Shown here in pieces: positions 14,421 through 28,100 of a DNA stretch of 64,000 nt. The translations under genes and the position numbers were made by a program. The notes beneath the pieces were generated by a model. That model worked only from the letters and a program-made list of their open reading frames with translations. It was not told where the DNA came from and searched no databases. This stretch comes from Phoronis australis (lineage: Eukaryota > Animalia > Phoronida), in assembly GCA_002633005.1 (NCBI GenBank), contig NMRA01000155.1, positions 517,536-581,535 on the forward strand. Reading direction: 5' to 3'. Within the stretch, counting starts at the first letter, position 1. Each line of letters opens with the position of its first letter.

Positions 14421-14914
14421 AACTCCCATTTCCTAAACACTGTCTTCTGTCACAAGCAAAACTGTGAATCAGAGCCGACAGTACCACATATACCATCCAT
14501 CACAACTAATTTTGTACAAATACAATCAAATTTATTCAATAATCAGTGATCCAAAAACTGTATTCCAGAATTTGCATTTAAATAACGCCACAATTGAACA
14601 AAGTGTAACAATTCAAACTTAACAATTCATAACAACTGGCTGAAGACAAAATTGAACAGACACTTTCTGAAAACAGTGTAAGTGTCAATTATAAATAGAC
14701 TATATAATAATATTATGTACAAAGAAAAGATAAATTAGCAGCCAAATGCGATAACAGGAAGGCAGTAAGAACATTACACTGTACTCCTAGAAACATACCC
14801 GAGTACGAAGAATAACGTAGAAAATGAATCCGAAACTGAAAAAGGCGATCCAGATCCTCTAAAGGATATACTTGTTTGTCGAAAAGTAGAATAAATGTAT
14901 GTAAATAAAACAAG

Positions 14915-15280
14915 AAATAAAGTAAAATCAAATACTAAATGACAATTGACATCTGATATATGGCGTAATGAGCGTGATGCATTGTTGCGGAAAAAAGTAA
15001 AGGATATAATTTAAGAAGTCTCTTGTGAGATCTTTCTACCCCAGTACCCCTCACAGACTCAAAAGAGAACAATTTTGCATAAATAAGCTTAACACACTTG
15101 AACCTAATGGACTGAACATAAAGACTTCTTAAATTATATCCTTTACTTTTTTCCCCAACAATGCATCATGCTCATTACACCATATATCAGATGTCGATTG
15201 TCATTTAGTGTTTGATTTTACTTTATTTTGGTTTCTGTTGACGAAGGATGTTATTATATCCGAAAATTTCAGTGATCCAT
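14915..15280 (+). mobile_element. 5'-truncated Penelope-like retroelement with inverted pseudo-LTR arm and degenerate hammerhead
   Basis: 107-bp inverted arms (14915-15021 and 15122-15228). Spacer encodes RLKREQFCINKLNTLEPNGLNIKTS* (15055-15132), resembling the GIY-YIG C-terminal motif. TTGACGA-AGGAT...ATCC-GAAA at 15238-15265. Confidence 0.8.
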
Positions 15281-15998
15281 TTTTGTTGTTTTATTTACGT
15301 ACACGAGTATGAAGGTAAAGCACAAAATGGAGTTTGTTAAGAAACTGACTCTACATATCAGCTTGAGCAAACAAACTTTATGTAAATGCACTTTAATGAG
15401 TATGTTCTTGGATATACCAACCTTGAACATTCAGAGCCATGTTGCAGCAATGCTGACTCATAGTTTGAGCTGAATTGTTTAAAAGGACTGGTGTTATGTA
15501 ATTACTCAAGACTACCAAAACACAAGATGAAGTACTAATTACATGTTTGGTAGAATTAAATTACTACTGACCCATGACCCCCAGTTCTGAGCATTTACTA
15601 TGTAATATAACCTATTAAAAATGTGCAATATAGGTCTCATAGTAAAGACAATACATGTACATTGTCTGATTCTCGTATCTGCAGCCAATAAAGTCATAAC
15701 AAAATCTGCATTTATATGCGCTTATGTAGACTAAATGCAAAATTAAATTCTACAAAACAGCGATCAGTCAGAAACTAGAAATTCACTAGGTGTCCCAACA
15801 ACAGAAGTCCATGGATTCACATAACCACATGGTATCCTCATCCTACACATGCCTCCACGCCAAAAATTTCTTCATGAGCTCAATTTGTAAACAGAACAAA
15901 AAGTGCAAATTTTCTTCATTAACACTACCTATAATATATAAATTTGAAATATAAAAATAATATATTGTAATATCGAGTTGCTCATTGCCATAGTGATA

Positions 15999-16127
15999 TC
16001 AATAACCGCCCTGGTCACCAAACAGTTTTTCAATGTCACTGTTGCGAGGGTTCACCTTGCCCAGATAGTGAGGTAGGTTCCTCTCCAGGTATCCCCACAC
16101 ATACTTTGCAGTCAACGCTTGACCGAG
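15999..16127 (-). CDS. AOAH: AOAH exon 17, last coding exon (...LGKVNPRNSDIEKLFGDQGGY*)
   Basis: tcacag acceptor; TGA stop at 16001-15999. Confidence 0.93.
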   Translation of the reverse strand, partial: LGQALTAKYVWGYLERNLPHYLGKVNPRNSDIEKLFGDQGGY

Positions 16128-19100
16128 CTGTGAAAGAAAAAACAAACAAAACTTGATATACTGCACTTAAACAGGATCCAGAAGTTTACTTTTAAATTAA
16201 TACATGACTGTATGTCTCTCATTTGTTTGACAAGTACATGCAAAAAATTAAACCACAAATTCCATCTCTTCTGTGCAGTTGCCTTAAGTATGAGTAAATA
16301 TCCAGCAAAACCATCCACTTATCAAGTTTTCAAAAGAACGTAACATCTTAAAATTACATGCTGCGCCATGATTACCTTTAAAAACCTTTGTTTTGGTATA
16401 TCACTTGGGGTGGTACCTTTTTAAAGGCCTTCATTAGTCCAGTTTCCTCTAATTTACATGACATACATTATGGATCAAGTAAGCAAGGTTACTTGACTCG
16501 TCCCCTTATAATTGATTTATTGCAGATGGATATCCGAACTTTCGACATGACCTAGTTATTGAGGTATGGGGCTTTAATTGTTTATGTATCATATACAATC
16601 TAAGTATTTTATCAAATGGCATCAGGTTTCAGAAAATATACCCAAGGCAATGAAATCGCAAAAAAAATTTGGAGTTGGTTGCCTCTAAATTACACATTAG
16701 TGGGCAAGTTGGAATATCTACATAATTTATTACAAAAGTACAATAAGTCAACAGAAACTATCAATTTCTTTGATGCAGTTAATGCGTAAAACTTATCGTC
16801 CACATATCAAAGTGTTGCACGGTTTGTCTCATGATCGGCACACGCCAACAGGTGTCGCAGAAGCTTAAAAAAGTTGTCCGTGGCCGACAAAACACTGCTT
16901 TAAAACCAAGTCCAGTACAGATTTATAGTTTTTTATATCTTGCATTGTCAATGTTAAGTAAATTTCACTGAAAAATACTGTTAGTATCATGGCAGATGCC
17001 AACTTGAAGTCTTACCCCAGGTCCACGATCCTTACTTGAACACAACTTTTACATCCAAAGAAATGTTGCTTATTACGCAGTTGCACACACAGCACAAACC
17101 AAAACCAACAAGAGGACAAAATTACATTTCTCTGACATTCCAGGTGGTGAATTTCGCTTGCAGGAAGCCATAATGACAGGAATTTCTGCTTCCACTCAGT
17201 CGTTATAAGAGAGAATTCCAGGTCATTTTGCCAGTGAGATGATACAACTTACCATGTATTTTAATTAGAAAAACAATGTCTGGCGTACCTGATTTGGGTG
17301 AAAGCCATCCACAGGCTCAATCAGCTCCCACAGTGTACCTGCCCCGTGTTGTTTCTCCCATTCACGCAGTACTAAAATGACATGACTGATGGTGATATAT
17401 GTAACTGAAGGTGACGTATGTATCCAAGTCCGTCAAACGATGTAAATCCATGACTTATCTCACAAAAGTGTGCAATAATTAAGGTTTATACTAGTAAGAT
17501 AAGGAATTCATCGTCTGACATACATATGAAGCCCGACAGAAATAAGCAAAAACTTGATTCTACTTTTTGCCAAAAAAGCGAACATTTGAACATAATTTTT
17601 TGTTAAGATGTTAAATTCAATGTAGCTGAATACCATGATTGTTACCAGGGGTCACATAGAAACAGATTATGTTCACATAAACAGCTCTTGGTCTTGCGTT
17701 CATGTGACAATTCTTTTCTAAGAATTGTGATGTTTTATAAAGATCACAGGAACTTCAATACACTTGAAAACTATTTCCAAACACAAATCCTTGCAAACTT
17801 TTATTTATTCACTCCATTACCTACAACTGCAATTTTTTGATCAGGCAAGTTGGCATATCTTTTTATGCTATGAGCAGAGCGGAGATCATTTACTGCGATG
17901 ACCAGTTTCTTTGTCAACTTGAAGTTAAAAGATTTTACCTTTTTCTGCATGTACATGCACAGCTTTAAATTGAAATAAAAAAACATTGAAAATTCACTAT
18001 ACCTGGCTCTAAAGGACAGTCCATGTAGTTTATGTCAAAATTTTTAAAGTGATGTGAAAATTTGGTAGCCACTTCCTTCATAGTTCTGCTCAAGTCAGCG
18101 GCTCTCTGAAATAAAAGTATACTGTCTTCTAACTGACACATGTACTCAGATAACATCAATCACTTACGCGTAATAGTGAGATTTTTAAGGTATTAACTGA
18201 ATTTAAAAATCGCGATGGTCAAAATTGCATTCCTTGTAGCCTAAAATCTAAAAAATTCACCCAAGAAAGATTAAAACAGAATATGCTTGACAAATATACA
18301 ATCCAGAAAATTCCCGTTTCAATCCTTACGCCACCTGGTGATACTGTGATGAAAACAGTTTGGACCACTCATTGCGCCACCCAGATATGTGATGAAAACA
18401 GTTGCTTAGAGATGAGCAACGTAGAAAGGAAACATTTTGTGGACAAATTTTGACATGCAAAAAATCACTAGTAAATTAAAGGTTCCTAATTTCAATATAA
18501 AATGCTTGTTGAATGGCAGACTCTTTGTATAACATTATTAAGGAATTCCTGAACACTGAATCGAACAATAAATCTACATCCTAAGTACTTAAACCAATTG
18601 AATCAGACAAGTATTCTGGACACAGAATTGCAGCTTGCTCACTGGACCTCTGAATGTTGTTCAAAGGTTTGACTCTGCATTCAGAATACTGGCTTTCCGT
18701 TGGGTGCTCGACTATGAAACAAATGGTTCAAAGAGTCGATTCCAGAATCATTACAAACATCAGACTATTGATACAAGTGTTGTGACAGTGCATTACTACT
18801 TGACCTTCATTCTCCACCTACCTTTGATGTTAAATTCCTTATGGTTTCATTAGAATTTAGCCAACCCATGCAAGGTGTCACCTAAAAATTTGAACAGATA
18901 TATTCATCGCGGGATGAGATGAAATCTGCAATTACCATTTTTCAATTTTCATGTAGCTCACAAGAAACTTAGTATTGTATTCATGTCTTACACACTATAT
19001 TGAAAATTCATGCAGTCACAAAACAATTAGTTTTCAGAAGATACATCTGTTCCAGTTTGCATAGTTACTAAAAATTTTGAAAAATTCATTAGATAATACT

Positions 19101-22100
19101 GACCTGCATACAATTCCACCAATCGTAAACCGTTTTATAGGTGATATCGCCTCTTAGTCGTCCAATAGGGTGCAACCTCTTATGAAGAGTATTGTAGAGA
19201 AAGCGTCCATCAGCCATTCCTATAACTAACACATGGCTGCCAGCAGGAGCAGTACTATTCTACAAAACACACATTTACCCACATGTGAAGACTCGTTTTA
19301 TCGGAGATTGATGCATGGAAATATTGACAGTAAAAAATAAACACATTCAAATAATTTGTGTAATGTTGCAATAGACCACATCAGGTCCTAATGAAACCAA
19401 CAAGCAGCCAGCTTCCAGAGCATTCTACTTTTTGATAATCATTTGATTGTCTGAGTTACCAACCACACCATGCAGTGTAGTTAGTTAATTTAACTTTAAA
19501 AATAATTGAGGCGGTCTGGTACACATTGTACTAAACAGGGGCGCAGGCTGCACAGGTGGGCCCACCGCACTTATCACCTGGAACCATTTTATGCTTATTA
19601 TAGAGCTGAGGAGCTGGAGACTTGACCCAGGGTTCTAGCAGTGTGCCCCAGTGGGACTAGAACCAACGACCTCGAGTAAAAGAAGTGGACACTAACTCAC
19701 TGCCTCCTCATGTGCTAAACATTCGTGAATTTGTGAAAAACAATTCAGATTTCCAACCAAATAATATATAACCATGATTGCGATGGTAAAATTTGATATA
19801 AAAGTATTTATATCACTGCATTGGCACTCACAAGATAGGTCAAGGTCTTAAGCAGGTTGTCATACATCTCGCTGGTTGTTGTCATGTGAGCGAGAGTGTC
19901 TGGATAGCTGCAATGGATAAGAAATCAGCTATGGTCTGCTTACAAAGCAAGGCAATAAAACAAGTAATTTTTGTTAGTAGTGTGAAGTTATACGACAGTC
20001 ACATGGAATTTTTACAAGAAGGTAGATAAGACGCCTGGTCAGTAGGGGGCAAATCAGTCTCTTAAAACGAACAAAGTAAGGTCATTGGAATGAAGTGTTC
20101 TCACATTTGGAAAGAGTACGTAGTCTCACTTAGGGGCAGACAAAAACAAAGATGTCAGACAACATTACACATGTGAAATTTTCAGATGGACAACAAGACA
20201 TCCAATCTGCCTTCTGGTCCAATGACATGAAAATAATGATTTTAAAACAGAACCCAGTGATTGCTGGAACTGCACTAAAATGTGTCCTGCATTATTACTC
20301 TAACAGATAACAAGAGCAACACAGAGCGTTGAAATGCTCCCACGAATGCACTCCAAACGGTGTGCTTCTAAGGTGTTTATTTTGATCATAAAAATGGCCA
20401 CTGGATGGTGCAAAATATTTCGAATCCATCAAAAAACAAGTAAATGACAATTTTTTAACGGAAAGATATTTACCACATTGCACGAAAATCCGTCAAGGAA
20501 CTTTAGAGAAACGGAGCAAAACAGAAAAAATGAAATTGCCACAAAGGGGCAAAGCGTTCGTCAGATCCGTCCGAAAGCTGTCGTCTTCTGTTGTCAACTT
20601 CATATAAATACACGTGCTAAATTTGATAAAGATCCTGCAGAGGGCTTAGGAGATACAGCTAAGAGCGCAAAAAAACTGCCACTAGGAGGCGCCACATCAA
20701 TTGAAGTAAAAAAATTATCGTCAACCGCCCTCTTCACACTAAGAACATATAAGCCAATTTTCACAATTATCTTACGAGTGGTTTGGTTGACAGAGGGCGG
20801 ACACTAAAACAGACAAGAAAACAGAAAAACTGGCCACTAGATGACACAAACTACGTTGAGTCCATCTGAAAACCGGAAAATGTTACTGTTTCTTCAAAAG
20901 ACAGCCATTTACCAAATTCAATGAAAATTCGTCGAGGAACTTTAGAGAAACAGAGCAAAGTGGAAAAAATGAAATTGTCATTAGGGTGCACAGTGTTCAT
21001 CGGATCTATTTGAAAGTCGTCATCTTCCGTTGTTAACTTCATATGACTACACGTACTAAACTTAATAAAGATCCTGCAGAGGGCTTACAGAGAAGAAACA
21101 GGTATTGGTGCAAAAAAAAAACTGCCACTAGGAGGTGCCACTGTAGTCGAAGTCGACGGAAAATCATTGTCAATCATCCTTTTCATAGTAAGAACATACA
21201 TGACAATTTTCACATTCATCCTTAGAGTGGCTTGGTTGACAAAGGGACGGACGCCAAAATACAGATTCGAAAACAATAAAAATGGCCACTAGGTGGCACA
21301 AAATACCTCGAATCAATCCGAAAACGGGAGGATAGCGTCACCTCATTAATAGATGCCTATGTGCCAAATTTTATGAAAATCCATTGAGGACCTTTAAATA
21401 TACAGGCTGAGGTAAATGTAAAAAAAATAAAATTGTCACTAGGGGGCACACCAGTAGTCCAATCTGTCCGAAAGTTGCCGTCATCCGTTGTCAACTTCAC
21501 ATAAATACATTTGCTACATTTAATAAAGATCCTGTAGAGCGTTTAGGAGATACAGTCATGGGCGCAAAAACAAACAAAACTACCTCTAGCAGGCGCTACA
21601 GTAGTCGATGTCGTCAGAAAATCATGGTCAACCGTCCTCTTCATAGTGAAAACATACATGCCTACTTTCACAATCATCAATAGAGTGGTTTGGTTGATAG
21701 AGGGGCAGACGCTAAAAAATCGACTCGAAAAAAGTAAAAATGGCCACTAGATGGCGCAAAATGCCTCAAATCCATCCAAAAAACGGGAGGATAGAGTCAC
21801 CTCATTAACACATGCCTATGAGCCAAGTTTCATGAAAATCAGTTGAGGACCATTGAAGATACACAGGCAAACATAAAAGACTAAAATTGCCACTAGGGGG
21901 CACAGTGATATTTGGGTCAGTCCGAAACTCATTGTACTCTGTCGTCAACCCCATAGGAACACTCCTGCCAAATTTCAATATGATCCTACAAGGGGTTGAG
22001 GAGATAAAGCCGCTGACGCCAGATGCCCGGACGCCCAGACAGAGATGACAGTGATATGCACCTACATATAAATATGTGGGGACATAAAAAAGGCATTGCT

Positions 22101-25100
22101 GAGGCTTACTTTGCTTTGTGTAACACGTGACACAGTGCTTTCTAGTAAGGATTTTTCATCATTCAATACTTTTGCAGTGAAAACAAATTACCCTGGGGTG
22201 ATATTTACTGTACGAGACATCAGTACACAGTTATCTATGTGTACACCAACAGTGATACCTGCAGCATGAACTGTTTTCCATAGACCAAAGGACAGGCACA
22301 CTTTGTTGTAGGGTACACGGTGGCAAAGGTTAGTACGGAGTCTTGAAAAACCTGGGCAATAGTCTGACATAACCTGCCCGTATTTTGAGAACCAGTTTGA
22401 TGCCTGTTATTCAGAGGAGAAAACTGCTTCTCAAAATTCGGGCACGTTATATCAGACCATTATCAAAATTTGGACCTGCATCTTACAGGCACCTAAGAAG
22501 CTAAATCTAACTTAAAATCAGACACCTCGACTCTCCATTTTAACTGGGCTTGCAGTTCAATCATTTGCATAAAGTTGTTTTTTCACACAACAATAGCTGC
22601 ATAATGCAATAGGCCTTCCCTAACTTACTGGTTACAGACATCATTTCCAACCAGTTCTAAGATCATCAACAGGGGATAGTCAGACGTCTGGTTCCGAGAC
22701 GCACTATAATATAAAAGAGGAAGTTAGACAATTTCAGACTAGAACTTTCATAAATTAGAATGTAAAGCAGGCAGCCATGCTTTAGTCAATTTGCAAAGTG
22801 CCCTCGCTTACAAAGACTTAAGTGCTGCGTAAGGTAGCTCATTCAAGAAATAACATTTTGGAGAATGAAAGATAAGCGTTTCAAATGAATTCAATAAGCG
22901 TAACGTTACCAAGTTTAGAAAATAAGACTACAATCATACAATTTAGCGTATCATTAACAAAGGAATGAATCTTCAATAGTTGAAGCTGCTTTTGTTAAAA
23001 GTTCTTTTCTGTTGTTGCTATGTGCAAAATCAAAGAACTAATCTACAGAACAATGTCAAACTTCATCTTGGACAACGAACAGCCAGAGCTGTTACAAAAA
23101 TAAAAAGATGTGGTGAACACTAAATTCACATGAAATACCTGTGAGTACGTATAAAGACTACCAATGGCTTGCAACTCTAATGGACAAATTAACACACTGC
23201 TAACAATGAAATTTTGACACCTTAAAAATAACCAATCAGAGTTAGTTTTCAGTTTACAGTTAGTGAGAAAGCTTTAGCACTGAACAAGTCAAGAAATAAA
23301 GAAACAAGAGACAGAGTTATGCGTAATTTGTGAATGAAAAATATGCAGTTAACAAAATGTGCATGTACTTATTTTTGAGACCATGAATATCACACATAAG
23401 GTACAATTCAGAGTTTGTTCAACTTGACAGATCTCTATGGTCCTTAAACTCCAAATAAGTTCAACACTGCATCTTGCCCCTCATTCGCAGTATTGTAACC
23501 ATTGTATGCTAACACAGAGTTAGCTAATGATATCATTTCTAGAAAGGGATTGGTTCATTCCCAAATGTTTATAGTGCTTTGGACCACCCCACCAAGGCGC
23601 CCCACCCCCAGGCGCCCACACCCAGGCGCACTCCATCAAGGCACCCCACAAATGCAAGTACAAGCACACACACACACAAAATGCAAGTAATAGACGACAC
23701 TGCTTCAGTAATGGCAGTCAGAATCATACAATGAGTAAAAAGTGCCTAATAAAACACAATGCTAACCAGGTTTCACACTGGCCTAAAGAGATTTGTCTTA
23801 TTGGTTTAAAACACCTCAAATCACATCTTCTAGCACAGTTAGGGGAATGTTACTTTTGGACAGGTATAAAATATCTCAAATCACATCTTCTGGTGTGTAT
23901 AGAGGACTGTTACTTTTGGTATATAAAAATCTCACGTTCCATCTTCTAGCATGTACAGGGGATGTTACTTTTGGTATAAAACATCTCAAATCACATCATC
24001 CATTCTGAATAGGAAATATAAGTCTTTTGACAGTTTGTAACATACATAGAATTGACCAAAAACACCTTTAAAAATGTCAACACACCCCTTTAACCCAGGA
24101 ATATACCCTTAAAGAATACAAAATAAATTAAACACAATCTTGGTAATAAAACTTTGCACTTAAACCAAATCACAAACCACAGACAGAAAGAAAGGATACA
24201 AGACAGCCAAACATTCTATTAAGCATTCGCGAGACAAACCTGTGAGCAAAGTAGCGAATGCCTGTTGAATTCCCGCCTGTAAAAATTTCAAGGTGAATGA
24301 AGAGTTGGCGAGAGATGGACAAGAGCAGGGGTGGGGGGGGGGCTGCGAGCAAGGTATCAGGCATCTCACGGTAATGTATAACATCTAACCTCTAACCTTT
24401 GACAACATGTAAGAAAATAGGAAACTGGTCATATTATATTTACCTTGTTTGCGATTTTTGTAGGTCAAAAATATCCGCACCTGCATAAATCAACAGAGCA
24501 GCATATAAAAAGGACTTACGGTTTAGGGCAAAACAGAAAATTGTTGAAATTCCCGTTTTTATTTTTCTAAGGCTGACTGCATTGCATCAAATGCTTTAAG
24601 CTGCACATAGCCCCAATCAGTCTCGTGGCATACATTACTACTATAATCAGTCTCTTGGCATACCTTACCATGATAAAATTCCGTTTTTGTTGCCAACATG
24701 AACACTGAAACCATCAACGACTTGAGAAGAAAAAATTGGGATTCGACAACCCTAAAGTCAATGATTTGAAAATGGCGCATGTACCCATTGCTTGTTACTT
24801 GAGCTGTCTGCTCATGTGCCAATAATTCTGGATTGAGTAAGCATGGCAAGGTATTAAACTCCAAAGTGCCTCAGTTATGCGTTCTACATTCACAGCTGTA
24901 TACTGCAGCTTTAAATTTTCCTCAAACCTTTGGTGACTGTCACACCATTCTAACAACAAAGTAAATCTTTTCAAAGTTACGTTTGTCCAGAAATTTGAGA
25001 AAATGTTATTTCGCAATAATGTATTGTCTCCTAAATTGAATAACTTCTACCGCAGTCACTGTGCTGAGATCAAAGTTCCTTGAAAACCAACAGCACTGTG

Positions 25101-28100
25101 AATCATCCATTTGCATAAAACAATCGAAATAAATTGACTAAGGCCAGTGCATGGTCACACGTTTAAAAGCGAAGACCAGCATGCTGACTTTGCAGTAGAC
25201 AGATTTGCTTGTATTTTTTCAATGCATATGCCTGGGACTATGAAACGGTAGAAACCTAAAGATGAAAAACAGTTGCAAATGATATACAGCAACCAGGGCA
25301 GATTTTATGAAATCAATTTTGTGAATCCTAAACTGTGCAACCCAATACTGCAGAGTGCCAATAGATCAACAGAATAACAGGAATCATTCCTCTCTCATAA
25401 CCAATTGCCATTACAAGAAATTGTTTTGCGAACGTCTGCTACACAGTGCTCAGCAAAAATCAAAAGCGAAATGAAAAAGACTTGCCATTCACTGCCAAGT
25501 TTTGGAAGTCTCTGTGATTACACCGGTTTCTCTGCTTCATCCTCAGGTAGATCGAGTCGGTTGGGCCTCGCGTCACGCTCCATGTGCTGTTCATGAAGCC
25601 CGTGGTACCTGAGAGCTGCGGCCAGTCTCCCTCATTCCCAATGACAAAGCTGATATCTTTAAAGGCTGCCTGGAAATGACACAAGAAACAAAGTTGAATT
25701 AAAAAATGTTCTCTCCAGACAAACAACAGAAGCAGCAAAATCACTGAAAACAATTGTACGTTCTGTTGTCTGGTTAACTCACATGATTTTGCGGTTACGT
25801 TACGCGTTCTAATGTTTCACAAACGGAACAGTGCAGTGCATTCATATGCCATAATCTCTTTTATGGTAAATATGGCAAGAGTCATCTCCCAGAAATTACT
25901 CTAAAATAACAGACTCCCAAATTTGGGACACCTAAATCCAACCCCAAACTGATTTTTTGATTCTGAAATATGGGACATGGTCGAATTTGGCATTGACCAT
26001 ATTTCCCAAATTTTGGACACATTGATTTTAGCGGCATTGGCTGTAATTCTCACATTTCAGACAGTGCGCTTTTTTGCACGATCAGCGATTATTTACAAAT
26101 TGCTTAACACTGCCGCTGATGTAATGTATTGACTGATGGTTGGTGTATATCTCGCACGTTTTCTTGGCAGTCGTAATCACAGACTCAAAATATTTGCCCC
26201 GCTTGATTGCATGGACTCTTTTTCACTATGCAAATGAAATGCATATTCTCAGACTTTTGCGTAATCACCACAGTGTCATGCTTTGTATTTGGATTAACAG
26301 CTAATCAATAAGCACCGGTGATGAGACCGTTGTGTTACAAAGTTGATAATTAATAAGCACCGGTGATGAGACCGTTGTGTTACAAAGTCGATAATTAATA
26401 AGCACCGGTGATGAGACCGTTGTGTTACAATGTCGAATCCTGGGTTTACAGCTTCAATTTTTGTTCTGTGAACCTGCAGTCCACTTATCTTCCTCTTGGC
26501 ACCCCAACCTTTGCCATGCCACGTGCCCAAATTGGAGAAATGATGTTCAATGTCAAGTTTAAACAGATTTTGTGAAAAGCAAAAATCCCTTTCCAAGTTT
26601 GTTGTGCAGTATATGTTAAAATGTTCATGTTGTAAATATATCTTTGTCTCCCAACTAAAATTTTATATACTAGCCTACTTTGTATTCTACCCATACTCGT
26701 CCATGTTACCGCCCAGGGCACTTAAATTGGGAATCTAAAAAACTCGAGGTTGGCCGTAAGCCGAGCATGGGCAGTTAAAATCAAAAAATTCTTGAAAAGA
26801 CGGGAGTGAGTGCTTACTGCACGGAGGACTGATTTTTACCCTCACAGAGTTAAACTGACGTCGGATTTCAAGTATATCAGTTAAAGTATACGTTGGCAGA
26901 TTGAAGCTTCGACAGCCTGAAGTGGAGTAGCCCACACAATACAGTGGCGCTGTGATCCCCAGCGTGATTGGGTTTTTACATACCTCGGTTGCTGCTCGTC
27001 ATCTCTTAGAACTAAGGTATTCCTACAAGTAGGCGTGCATTCAGTAGGACAAGTTTCTTGAGAGAAAAGCAAGATCACGCAAGACTCCACTAGTTGGCCG
27101 TATATTTCTAAGGGAATCAAGTGATTTTGTAAAGATTTGCTCCAAGCTAGACACTTAGGCAACCAAACATGTGCTAATGATTCACAGGTCTTAATACTTT
27201 GAACCTAGTTTGAACAATGGAACATTTTATATACCGTTGTACATTGTATATTTCTTTCTGAGTTGAACAGCTAACACCCTCTTAAACTATCACAGTTCGT
27301 TCATTAACTGGGAATCGTAGTAATCTTATGACAGTGGGCGTTTTTGAATCTTAGTTTTGTGCGTCGAACATTCACAAAAGCACAGACATTTTTAAGGAAG
27401 TCTCGATCATGAAAAATTGGGGGTGGGTGGTAAGCCGAGCATGGGCGCTTAAAAATGAACAATTGAAAATTTTGGGGATGGGCAGTAAGCCGAGCATGGG
27501 CAGTAACCTAGACGAAATATTTGGGCTCTCTCGCACCAAGGTTACGAATTTTGAAGCTTATGATCTAAAACAGAGCGTGAACCTATAAGTCTTAAGTCGA
27601 AGTTGCTCCGTTTCTATCTGTCCCCAGTCGCTTTTATGGGTCGTTTGGCCCATGGCGTGTTATTTGCAAAATGAAACCTGGGCCCACAGTGGAGATCGAT
27701 CTAAATCCGCATAAGCGTGTAGAAAATAAATTAGAGGACAACACTGCTATCAGGCCGGAGTGAACATAGGACAGATAAAATTACAACACCAGAACCAGGA
27801 ACTTAAAGGCCGAGATTATCGAGACGAACCACTTTTATATTAAAGTTTACTAAGCGTCGAAGAAGCTAACGCCTTTGTAGCCGGCTACTTGAACAGTCAC
27901 TTTCGTGTGGTGGTGTTTTGCGGTTAGAACTACATAGGCTCTACAGCGGTTAAATTGTGATCTGGCCTACTGCTACGTTTCGGAATAAAAACTCCAAACT
28001 TTTTTTGATTGAATATACCCCAGTCACATAAAGCAACAGTTCTATAATTGTCAAATAAACGTCTGGATACGTAATAGATCTAGGACAACGGGACCTCATT

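Noticed and set aside
18330-18420. Duplicated GTGATGA motifs as a C/D box snoRNA
   Set aside because: They are antisense to the host gene AOAH, with no suitably placed D box and terminal stem; a short local duplication explains them.
19600-19710. tRNA gene
   Set aside because: Only degenerate A/B boxes and no cloverleaf; treated as a SINE remnant.
26306-26436. 45-bp repeats containing GTGATGAG as possible tandem hammerheads or a CRISPR array
   Set aside because: No CTGANGA plus GAAA core, and the units are identical with no spacers.
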